Source of the DNA: Candidatus Sigynarchaeum calidifontis
Lineage (GTDB): Archaea; Asgardarchaeota; Lokiarchaeia; Sigyniarchaeales; Sigyniarchaeaceae
Reading direction: 5' to 3'
Assembly: GCA_030587475.2 (NCBI GenBank)
Contig: JAUQYZ020000045.1
Location: 1 to 17,633 of the forward strand
DNA: 17,633 bases
The notes under the pieces were generated by a model. It saw only the letters and a program-made list of their open reading frames with translations, ran no database searches and was not told the origin of the DNA. A program made the position numbers and the translations under genes. Shown piece by piece: positions 1 to 7,094 of the stretch; position 1 is the stretch's first letter, and the number at the start of each line of letters is the position of its first letter.

Positions 1-501
1 CATTGACGAGATGCGGTTTTCGTGCTCGAGCACGAGGACAACAAACGCAGAATGGTCAAGGCCCGGGCCTTGTCGATAAACGGTAAAATCAGCGCCGAAT
101 TTTAGACCCGGGCGTACGATATAACCTTTTGCGCGCAAATCTTCGTATACCAGGCTCTTTTCCTTGAATTTCTCGTATTTCTCGGCCGCGATCGCCTCGA
201 TCTCCGGCGCCGAGTATTGCTTGCTCGTCTTGCTATCTTGCACGACGAGCCAGCCCTTTTTCACGAGATGGACGGCTTCGAGCATGTCGAGCTGCAGTTC
301 CCTGTCGAATGCGAGCTTGGGATCCGGCTTCTTGATACCAATGGGTTTTCCATAAAAACCTTTTGCATAGAGCGAAGAGCCTTGAGCGTGATCGAACACG
401 ATGACCTGGTCAGCGACCAGCTTCCCCGTGTAGGGAGGCGGGAGATCGCGCCGGATCTTGCTCAACTTCTCGCCAAGCGAGTCGCTCTGAGTGCTTGCCA
501 T
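1..501 (-). CDS. endA: tRNA-splicing endonuclease, catalytic subunit (C-terminus lies beyond the window edge)
   Basis: My translation from ATG at 501, open to base 1: MASTQSDSLGEKLSKIRRDLPPPYTGKLVADQVIVFD...LYAKGFYGKPIGIKKPDPKLAFDRELQLDMLEAVHL...VYEDLRAKGYIVRPGLKFGADFTVYRQGPGLDHSAFVV. The LxLxxLEAxxL and VYxDLRxxGYxVxxGLKFGxDFxVY...H motifs, with the catalytic Tyr and His, are diagnostic. Confidence 0.95.
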   Translation of the reverse strand, partial: MASTQSDSLGEKLSKIRRDLPPPYTGKLVADQVIVFDHAQGSSLYAKGFYGKPIGIKKPDPKLAFDRELQLDMLEAVHLVKKGWLVVQDSKTSKQYSAPEIEAIAAEKYEKFKEKSLVYEDLRAKGYIVRPGLKFGADFTVYRQGPGLDHSAFVVLVLEHENRISSM

Positions 502-519
502 TAGTATCCATATGATTGA

Positions 520-527
520 ATTTAAAA
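520..527 (-). promoter_or_regulatory. TATA-like box for endA
   Basis: TTTTAAAT on the minus strand 19-26 nt upstream of the endA ATG; T-tracts just upstream could terminate the small ORF. Confidence 0.45.
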
Positions 528-557
528 GGACATAAAAAAGTCGGGAAAAATGCCTCG

Positions 558-698
558 TCAAGCCAGGGCGGCATCGATGGATGTTTTCGTGTCTGGATTG
601 TCTAGTTCCGTGGCGATCTTGCTGGCTAATTCGAGTGCTTTAGCTCTCGCCGAGAGGATTTCCTCGAACACGCGGCCTCGCGGTGATATGGCGCTCAT
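558..698 (-). CDS. small hypothetical helical protein (46 aa)
   Basis: ATG 698 to TGA 558 gives MSAISPRGRVFEEILSARAKALELASKIATELDNPDTKTSIDAALA. It has an amphipathic helical pattern, fills the intergenic gap, has a TATA-like TTTTTAAT 24-31 nt upstream and T-tracts downstream. Confidence 0.5.
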   Translation of the reverse strand: MSAISPRGRVFEEILSARAKALELASKIATELDNPDTKTSIDAALA

Positions 699-721
699 GA
701 ATAGGAGTCATTCGAAGTGAA

Positions 722-729
722 ATTAAAAA
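722..729 (-). promoter_or_regulatory. TATA-like box for the 46-aa ORF (divergent promoter region 699-797)
   Basis: TTTTTAAT on the minus strand at a spacing that fits a leaderless transcript. Confidence 0.35.
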
Positions 730-783
730 TCCCGCGATGTGCGAAGCGATGTTTATTGGCAATTGGAGAATAGATAATGTGAT

Positions 784-788
784 GGAGG
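784..788 (+). promoter_or_regulatory. Shine-Dalgarno-like site
   Basis: GGAGG ending 9 nt before ATG 798. Confidence 0.45.
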
Positions 789-797
789 CATGGTAGG

Positions 798-2096
798 ATG
801 AAACTCGAGATCATCGAAGCGGGCGAGGCCGAGGGCCGGGCGTTCGTGAACCCGGAAGACATGAAGTCATTGCGGGTTGATGACCTCGATGTTGTCGTCT
901 TCACGAACGAATACGATGATTGGGGAGCCGCACAAGTCGTCGCCAAGGAGGATTGCGAGCCAGGCTATATCATGATCGACAGCATGACCCTGGATTCCGC
1001 CAACATGTCCTCGGGTGACAAGGTAGAAGTCAAGAAATCCGAACCTAGAGGTGGCATCACCGAGGTCCAGATAGGCGTCGAACCGATGGGCTCGCAAGCG
1101 ACCGAGAAGGCGGTCGTTTGGGTCGCCGACCACGCGTCCGAGATGTCCGAGCTCCTCAAGAACCGGCCCATCTTCCGCAACCTGGAGATCAACTGGCGGG
1201 ATGCCGAGATCGGCCACGTCAAGCTCAAGGTCGTGCAAACCAAGCCCCCCATCCAGCCCGGCGAAACCGCCATCATCGATCCCGCGGGCCAGGAGATCAC
1301 GTTTGAAATCATTCCCGCGGTCGACATGAGCTTCAACGCCATCTTGCTCATCGACGTCTCTGGATCCATGCTCAAGGAAGACATGGAAGTCCACGAGATC
1401 GATGGCGCCATCGAGGGCTTGCGCCGCGGATTCGCCGAGACCAAGGACCTCACCCGGTTTCTCGACCAATTCCGCGAGGGGGACAAGGTCTCCCGCATCG
1501 CCAGCGCGGCGATGGCCACCTTGCTCTACCTGTCGCTCAAGATCGGTCGTGGCTGGGGCGAAAACGTCCAGCTCATCACGTTCGGGGATGATGTCGAGCT
1601 CCTCCAGGTACAAGACAAGAAGGGAAACATGTCCCCGGTTATCGAGTGCACGGGCGAGATGCGGGAGCTCAACTTGAACACCGTGGCATATTATGTCATT
1701 GAAAAATGCAAGAAAGCGACGGGCCTCACGACCATGAGCGTCGCGCTCAAGATCGCTGGTGATCAAGTCAAAGCATTTCCAAAGAACCAGCGCACGGGGA
1801 AACAAAACCCGACCATGATCGTCCTTCTCAGCGACGGGAACCCGAACAAGGGCGACGAGGAACAAGGCATCCCGGTCAACCCGATCCCCGTGGTGAAGCA
1901 GTACCTGGTCCGTGAGGACATCGTCCTCTACACGATCGGCATCGGCGAGGCGGATGATGTTGTCATGCAGCGCATCGCGGACTTGGGCCGGGGCGAGTAC
2001 TTCCGGGCCACCAATTTCAAGGAACTATGGCGATTTTACGACATCCTGGCGCAAAAGTTTTCCATCGCGGCAAAGATCAAGACAGCGAATAAATGA
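798..2096 (+). CDS. CDC48/VAT N-terminal-domain (double-psi barrel plus beta-clam) fused to a von Willebrand factor A domain; no AAA module
   Basis: The N-terminus follows the CDC48 N-domain pattern: LEIIEA...GRAFVNPEDMKSL...GYIMIDSMTLDSANMSSGDKVEVKK, then LKNRPI...LKVVQTKP...II. From about aa 180 there is a vWA with complete MIDAS: LLIDVSGSM (DxSxS), GLTTMSVAL (T), IVLLSDGNPN (D), LYTIGIG, IADLGRGEYF. No Walker A/B. Confidence 0.85.
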   Translation: MKLEIIEAGEAEGRAFVNPEDMKSLRVDDLDVVVFTNEYDDWGAAQVVAKEDCEPGYIMIDSMTLDSANMSSGDKVEVKKSEPRGGITEVQIGVEPMGSQATEKAVVWVADHASEMSELLKNRPIFRNLEINWRDAEIGHVKLKVVQTKPPIQPGETAIIDPAGQEITFEIIPAVDMSFNAILLIDVSGSMLKEDMEVHEIDGAIEGLRRGFAETKDLTRFLDQFREGDKVSRIASAAMATLLYLSLKIGRGWGENVQLITFGDDVELLQVQDKKGNMSPVIECTGEMRELNLNTVAYYVIEKCKKATGLTTMSVALKIAGDQVKAFPKNQRTGKQNPTMIVLLSDGNPNKGDEEQGIPVNPIPVVKQYLVREDIVLYTIGIGEADDVVMQRIADLGRGEYFRATNFKELWRFYDILAQKFSIAAKIKTANK

Positions 2097-2218
2097 AACG
2101 CATGTAGTAACATTCTTCACCGGCCCGACATGTTAATTCAAGAAGCGACGATAATTTTTGGTTTATTCGTCCCAAGCCAACGACACGTGCGGGACAACTA
2201 TTTTGGGAAGATGATCGC

Positions 2219-2848
2219 GTGAAAAAATCTACATGCTTGGCAAAAAACCAAAAGATGAATTGTGAATGGATATCCCTAAATGTCGCCGGGTACGGGCTCA
2301 AATGCTTATCAGCGAACGACGGCTCGGTTGTTTGGAACTCTACTATTACCGCCCCGGGCCTCTCTCCGAGTGGGTATGGATCCCCCGCGGTCATCGGGGG
2401 TCGTGTGTACATCGGTTCAGAAACGCCTGGAAGCGGTGTATATTGCTTGGACGCTTCGACGGGCTCCATTTTATGGAACACGCCCATACCGGGGTACCAG
2501 TGGTCCACCCCCTCGATTTCCGCGTCAGGTAGCACTCCAGAGAGGCTCTACATCGGGAGCAGCAATAATGTGTTGTACTGCTTGAACGCGATGACAGGGG
2601 CAATCCTTTGGAATTACACCACGGGAGGACGGATCACTGCTTCGCCAGCAATTGTCAACGGCCGGGTATATATAGGGAGTGAAGTCCCTTCGGCAGGGAA
2701 GATATACTGCCTACCGATGATCTTGACGACGACCCAGCCACCAAGCAATCCCATCCCTGGATATTCCATCCCGTTTGTTATAGTGGCGGTTGGCATCGCC
2801 ATAGCGGGAATTAAGATACGCGCTCGCCGGAAGTTAACTGATTGTTGA
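2219..2848 (+). CDS. PQQ-like (BamB-type) beta-propeller surface protein with Loki-CTERM-type anchor; probably N-terminally truncated
   Basis: Repeats SPAV/I.GRVYIGS....YCL.A.TG.ILW (about 4 blades). The tail is Thr/Pro linker, IPGY, hydrophobic helix, then KIRARRK. There is no signal peptide and the GTG start is doubtful, so it may be a gene fragment. Confidence 0.75.
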   Translation: MKKSTCLAKNQKMNCEWISLNVAGYGLKCLSANDGSVVWNSTITAPGLSPSGYGSPAVIGGRVYIGSETPGSGVYCLDASTGSILWNTPIPGYQWSTPSISASGSTPERLYIGSSNNVLYCLNAMTGAILWNYTTGGRITASPAIVNGRVYIGSEVPSAGKIYCLPMILTTTQPPSNPIPGYSIPFVIVAVGIAIAGIKIRARRKLTDC

Positions 2849-2878
2849 TAGAGAAGAAAAGCTTTGCATTTTCTATCC

Positions 2879-2900
2879 ATTCCTCTTTTTTTCCCCTTTC
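2879..2900 (+). terminator. archaeal oligo-T / pyrimidine-tract terminator
   Basis: TTCCTCTTTTTTTCCCCTTTC about 30 nt after stop 2848. Confidence 0.5.
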
Positions 2901-2980
2901 TACTAACCGAAAGCGTGTGTTCTCACATTTTTCGAGTGCCTAAGGTCAAATGCTTCATCAGATACCATTAACACCTTCCC

Positions 2981-2993
2981 GGAAAGATTAAGT
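2981..2993 (+). promoter_or_regulatory. BRE/TATA-like element for the GCS2 fusion gene
   Basis: GGAAAG followed by ATTAAGT about 30 nt upstream of ATG 3024. Confidence 0.35.
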
Positions 2994-3023
2994 GCGTCGT
3001 GAGGAAAAATATTTAATAGAATC

Positions 3024-6000
3024 ATGAACATCCCCTCGACTCCCTTCCCGCAACCTATCGGCAACGAGATGGAGCTGCAGATCGTGAACGACGCTGGGGC
3101 AATATTGCGGGGAGAAGAGCTCATCAAGATCTGGAACGCGATATTCGACAAGATCGAGCTCTCGTTCAAACAAGCCCTTGGCATGGCTCCCGAATACATC
3201 CGAAAGCGAGTCGGGGCGATCAAGCGAGTTACCAAGGAAAAATCGGGAAAACAACTCCCGTATCTCGATATCGAGTACAAAACCTTCAAAACATTCCATG
3301 TTTCGGCGATAGGGCCGGATCCTAACATCAGCCAAGTCACTTGGCTAATGGAACTCGTCACTCCACCAGCCAGCACGATGGAGGAATTCGCCTGGTGGAA
3401 TTCCCTCTTGAACACAGCCCTCGTCAAGTCCTTGCCACCCGGCTACTGGATCTTGCCGCTTGGCTTGAACCCCGCAGAGAAGGAATACTCGAGCGGCGTC
3501 ACTTTTGGCGAGCATTACCACGTCGGCGTCGATGACCCCGGCCTCAAGCTGGCGATCTACACGCTCATCCGCGATTTCATCCCGCATCTCATAGCCCTCA
3601 CCGTGAATTCCCCTTTCATCAACAAGAAGCCGACAGGTGTCGTGAAGGTGACGGATGACGGGAATGGCTTGCAGATCTTGGGAAAAGATTGCACGAAAAG
3701 CTTGCGCTTGTTCTACAACAAGGCTCAGATGGGTCCCGTGGACAAGGAAACGTATATACCTTGCTTGAAAGCACTCGACAAGGATGCCTTCTGCGATGTA
3801 ATCCGCCGTAAACCCCCCGACGACAGGTTCGTGGACATGTACCCGTTCACGCCCTACGGGACCATCGAACTCCGTGTTTTCGACACGCAATTTGCGCTCT
3901 CGCGTCGGCTGGCGATAGTCGCGCTGATCGAAGCGCTGTGTTTGAAGGCAAAACGGCTGCTCGAGCGAGGCGAGAGCATTCCTTGCGTCCTCTCGTCCGT
4001 CTTGATCGCGAACCGCGAGAAAGCTGTTTTATTCGGCTTGCACGGCAAGTTCACGCCGGACACCACGCTACCGGGGTCGTTCGGGATGACCTACAACGAG
4101 GACCCTGCCACGGGCAAGCAAAACGGGAAGTTGTTTCAAGCCGTGAACAGCATGCTTTTTTTCTTGAAAAAAGAGATCGCTGATCTCGGGTTCAAGGAAA
4201 TCTTGTTACCGATACAGATCTCGATAGAAGGAAACAATAAAATCAGAGCACCAGTCACGCCGTCAGATTACTTGCTTTATCTTTCAGAGAAACAAGGTGG
4301 CGATATCGAGAATGCGCTTCACTGTTTCAAGCAACTCCAGGCAACGTATTGCATAGGCTCGCCCAATACTTTGGAAGATCCCCTCGTCGTCGAGTGGGGC
4401 AAGCCTGGAAATGGCATCTCCCAATCGCCAACACACAGGAGTGTTATTATGGCAGAGGCGGTGCCCGCGCCCGCATCGACAGAAATTGATTTCACGGGTA
4501 TTGCTGCGACGGCCACCGAATCCCAGGTCAAGGTTGTAAAGCCGATACCGTTCCAGCTCTCCTTCACCATCGCGTCTTCGCTACCCCGGAATAGCGTTGA
4601 TATCCTCGCGATCCAGCAACTCATAGAGATCCAGAAAAAAGCGGAGATCGTGCTCGCCACGAGCTTCAAGCGATTCGCCGCGCCGGTCAACCAACAAGTT
4701 ACCATCAGTCAGGACGAGTTCCCGCTCGTCCCGGCCCAGGATCTGTTCATCGGGAACAAGCAATGCCGCCTCAAGTTTTCCCTCAAGGATAAGCAAAAGG
4801 AGGCGACCACGTATTCCAATGCCTTCTGGATCGAGTTGCTCCCGAGATATGTAATTACCTCGGAATTCCGGAAGCGAAAGGTGTCTCCTGGTGAAAAGCT
4901 GGATGTCAAGTACAAGATAACGTCGACGAGCAGCACGGCTCCCCTTTCGGCCATACAAGTGGATGTAAAATTCCAAGTGCTATCAGCCGACGGGACGACG
5001 GTCTTGTATCAAACCGACCAACACGCGAGCGTGAAGGATACCGAGACCGTGCAGTTCAAGGTCATCCCGCTTGCATCGTGGAAGGATAGAGAACTCTCTT
5101 TCCGCGTCGTCGCGATGTTGAAGGATAAAATCATCGCACGCCATGAAATCGGCCAGATAATTCTTGACATCCCGGAAGAAATGCCGGACACGTTCACGCC
5201 GCGATTGGTGGAGAAAAAAGCGGAGATAAAGCCGCGAAGCACGGAGCCGGCTGTCCAATCCTCCGCACCGGCCACGGGCGACAAATATGGCCTCGTTAGG
5301 ACGCTCGCGTTCTCCTCGGCTCCCGAAAAGCAAGAACCAAGCACGATGCCGGTAAAGATGCCCGCGCGGGGCCAGCGCGAGTTGAAAATCCCGCCGTCGC
5401 AGCTCAAACGACATGTAGCGGAACCACTGCGGATTATCAATGTCCCGGAAACGATCTCTGCGCCGAAAGTGAAATCGTCAAAGGATATCAAGCCCCTCGT
5501 TTCTACAAGCACGCCTGCACTTGATGAAAAAGCCGAACGCGAGCGCATGGCGAATCTTCTCGCACGTGAGACGACAAGCAAGCCACGTGTAGACGCGAGT
5601 TCGTTGAAGGTGCCATTTCTCGAGGCCGTCGATGCCGCAAGCGCGAAGGTCGAGATCGACGTTAAGCTACTTTCCCCGCGCCTCGTCGCACCGGGGGAGA
5701 AGATCGTCATCGCCTACACAATGAAAAAGACCAAGACAATCGGAGAAAACGAATTCTTGAAACTAATCTCTTTTTTAATGAATATACGTCAAGAATTCAT
5801 CGTTGTCTTGAACGAAAAATACAAATTCCAAGGCGACACCTCGAACTTTACCCTCACGGTCGATCCACAGAAACATTTCAAGGATTGGAAACCAACCGAG
5901 CCGTTCCACGCCGTGCTGCAAGCTTATCTTGACAACACCCTGGTCGGTCAAGCTGTGTACAGCGACTTCCAGCTTGCCAAGTTCACGACCAGTTCCCAGA

Positions 6001-7007
6001 TCACGTGGAAGAAAATCGATCTCCTCTCCGGGACGATTTACCCGGGCATGGACGCGGGCTTCGAGTTCGATCTCGACGTGAAGAGCATCGTGAACCCGGT
6101 TGCCATCGCTATAGAGGCAAGCTGCCAGGGGACGATCGTTACCACGGACTTTATGGTGAAAAAGGAGGGCACGAACCATTTCATCGCACCGTTCAGGGTA
6201 CCATTTCAAGGGCTCATCACCGTGCCCAGCACCCCGATGATCATCAAGATAAAGGACAGCTCGGGCATGACCATAAAGGAACAAAAGAAGACCATTGCCA
6301 TCATCGCCCGGGGGCCCGTGTTCGTCATCAAGGACGTGGTGCTGGACACGATGGAGGGCCTCGACAATGCGACGCTCACGTTCGAGTTCATCAACGACGG
6401 CAAGCTGCCCGTTTCGTGCGACGTGACGGCTCTCGCGATCGAGCCTGGCGGCTCCAGCCACGAGATCGCTTCCCGAAAGCTCAAACTCAAGGGCATGGAG
6501 ATGCAGCACGTGGAATGCACGAAAGTACGCTTGCCCATCAATGCCATCCGTGATAACACCATCATTATCGATTTTCTCATCGAGATCGCCGATTTTAACA
6601 AGATCAAAAACCTCATCCGCCAACACGTGAAACTAGACCCCGCCCCCGGCGAGAAAGTGAACGTTTATTTCCACGGGAAGCTGAAAAACATCGACCGCGT
6701 GCGCGATATCACCGCCTACATCGACAAGGTCGGCATCGAGATAGAAGTGCGCAAGGAGATCACGCTGGGGGGATGCAAGGCGAAGGTTGTCGAGATCGTG
6801 GACGGCGAAGCCCGCAAGGTGATTCACGTGGTGAAATTGCCAAAAGGTCGCGAACGGGTGCACGAGAACATCACTTGGAGGCCGCCGCGCGCGAAAACTT
6901 TCCCCTCGCTTTGCAAGCTCGAAGTGCAATTCTTCCAGGACGATGATCAAGTTGAGATCGATCGCATGCGCACCGAGCCACTCTTTTTCACGATCTTTCC
7001 CGAGTAA
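3024..7007 (+). CDS. GCS2/YbdK-family carboxylate-amine ligase domain (aa ~1-460) fused to multiple predicted beta-sandwich domains and a low-complexity linker
   Basis: Ligase motifs: IGNEMELQIV (GxExE), MELVTP, GLNP, FGEHYHVG, IALTVNSPF...TG, SLR, GTIELRVFD. The C-terminal ~850 aa have alternating-hydrophobic beta strands (e.g. ATLTFEFINDGKLPVSCDVT, LVAPGEKIVIAYTM, KVSPGEKLDVKYKI) split by a P/K/S/E-rich linker (aa ~720-870). No signal peptide or TM helix is evident. Confidence 0.85.
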   Translation: MNIPSTPFPQPIGNEMELQIVNDAGAILRGEELIKIWNAIFDKIELSFKQALGMAPEYIRKRVGAIKRVTKEKSGKQLPYLDIEYKTFKTFHVSAIGPDPNISQVTWLMELVTPPASTMEEFAWWNSLLNTALVKSLPPGYWILPLGLNPAEKEYSSGVTFGEHYHVGVDDPGLKLAIYTLIRDFIPHLIALTVNSPFINKKPTGVVKVTDDGNGLQILGKDCTKSLRLFYNKAQMGPVDKETYIPCLKALDKDAFCDVIRRKPPDDRFVDMYPFTPYGTIELRVFDTQFALSRRLAIVALIEALCLKAKRLLERGESIPCVLSSVLIANREKAVLFGLHGKFTPDTTLPGSFGMTYNEDPATGKQNGKLFQAVNSMLFFLKKEIADLGFKEILLPIQISIEGNNKIRAPVTPSDYLLYLSEKQGGDIENALHCFKQLQATYCIGSPNTLEDPLVVEWGKPGNGISQSPTHRSVIMAEAVPAPASTEIDFTGIAATATESQVKVVKPIPFQLSFTIASSLPRNSVDILAIQQLIEIQKKAEIVLATSFKRFAAPVNQQVTISQDEFPLVPAQDLFIGNKQCRLKFSLKDKQKEATTYSNAFWIELLPRYVITSEFRKRKVSPGEKLDVKYKITSTSSTAPLSAIQVDVKFQVLSADGTTVLYQTDQHASVKDTETVQFKVIPLASWKDRELSFRVVAMLKDKIIARHEIGQIILDIPEEMPDTFTPRLVEKKAEIKPRSTEPAVQSSAPATGDKYGLVRTLAFSSAPEKQEPSTMPVKMPARGQRELKIPPSQLKRHVAEPLRIINVPETISAPKVKSSKDIKPLVSTSTPALDEKAERERMANLLARETTSKPRVDASSLKVPFLEAVDAASAKVEIDVKLLSPRLVAPGEKIVIAYTMKKTKTIGENEFLKLISFLMNIRQEFIVVLNEKYKFQGDTSNFTLTVDPQKHFKDWKPTEPFHAVLQAYLDNTLVGQAVYSDFQLAKFTTSSQITWKKIDLLSGTIYPGMDAGFEFDLDVKSIVNPVAIAIEASCQGTIVTTDFMVKKEGTNHFIAPFRVPFQGLITVPSTPMIIKIKDSSGMTIKEQKKTIAIIARGPVFVIKDVVLDTMEGLDNATLTFEFINDGKLPVSCDVTALAIEPGGSSHEIASRKLKLKGMEMQHVECTKVRLPINAIRDNTIIIDFLIEIADFNKIKNLIRQHVKLDPAPGEKVNVYFHGKLKNIDRVRDITAYIDKVGIEIEVRKEITLGGCKAKVVEIVDGEARKVIHVVKLPKGRERVHENITWRPPRAKTFPSLCKLEVQFFQDDDQVEIDRMRTEPLFFTIFPE

Positions 7008-7094
7008 CTAGCAATATTGGTTTATTGCCCCTCCGAGCGATCGGAATACATAAAGAAGGTAATAGTTCAAGATCGAGGTTTAGTGAAAAGGATC

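Noticed and set aside
1-105. Plus-strand frame 1 with in-frame TGA (H*RDAVFVLEHEDNKRRMVKAR...), considered as a selenoprotein or ATPase tail
   Set aside because: It is the antisense shadow of the clearly recognisable endA gene.
164-504. Plus-strand ORFs 164..355 and 217..504
   Set aside because: Antisense to endA, with no motifs.
558-698. 46-aa ORF as a Pup/ubiquitin-like tag or an ssrA-like degron (ends DAALA)
   Set aside because: No terminal GG, GGE or GGQ; the resemblance to the ssrA ALAA end is too short to be significant, and tmRNA is not expected in archaea.
867-1865. 332-aa minus-strand ORF and similar long shadows (5775..6626, 7395..8162, 12121..12903, 13912..15315)
   Set aside because: They lie opposite well-supported genes; long antisense frames are expected with GC3-biased codons, and they contain no recognisable motifs.
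798-2096. Call as cdc48 or as a frameshifted cdc48 pseudogene
   Set aside because: No Walker motifs in the protein or the overlapping ORFs, and the frame runs uninterrupted into an intact vWA domain.
2219-2720. PQQ-dependent dehydrogenase or Ser/Thr kinase annotation
   Set aside because: Only structural propeller repeats are present, with no catalytic domain.
3024-4400. Assigning gene symbol gshA, ybdK or pafA
   Set aside because: The fold family is clear, but the acceptor-site changes and the fusion make a specific activity unsupported.
7017-7094. TTG start at 7017 for the flippase-like gene
   Set aside because: The extension looks like AT-rich intergenic/promoter sequence; in-frame ATGs at 7095 and 7104 are more plausible.
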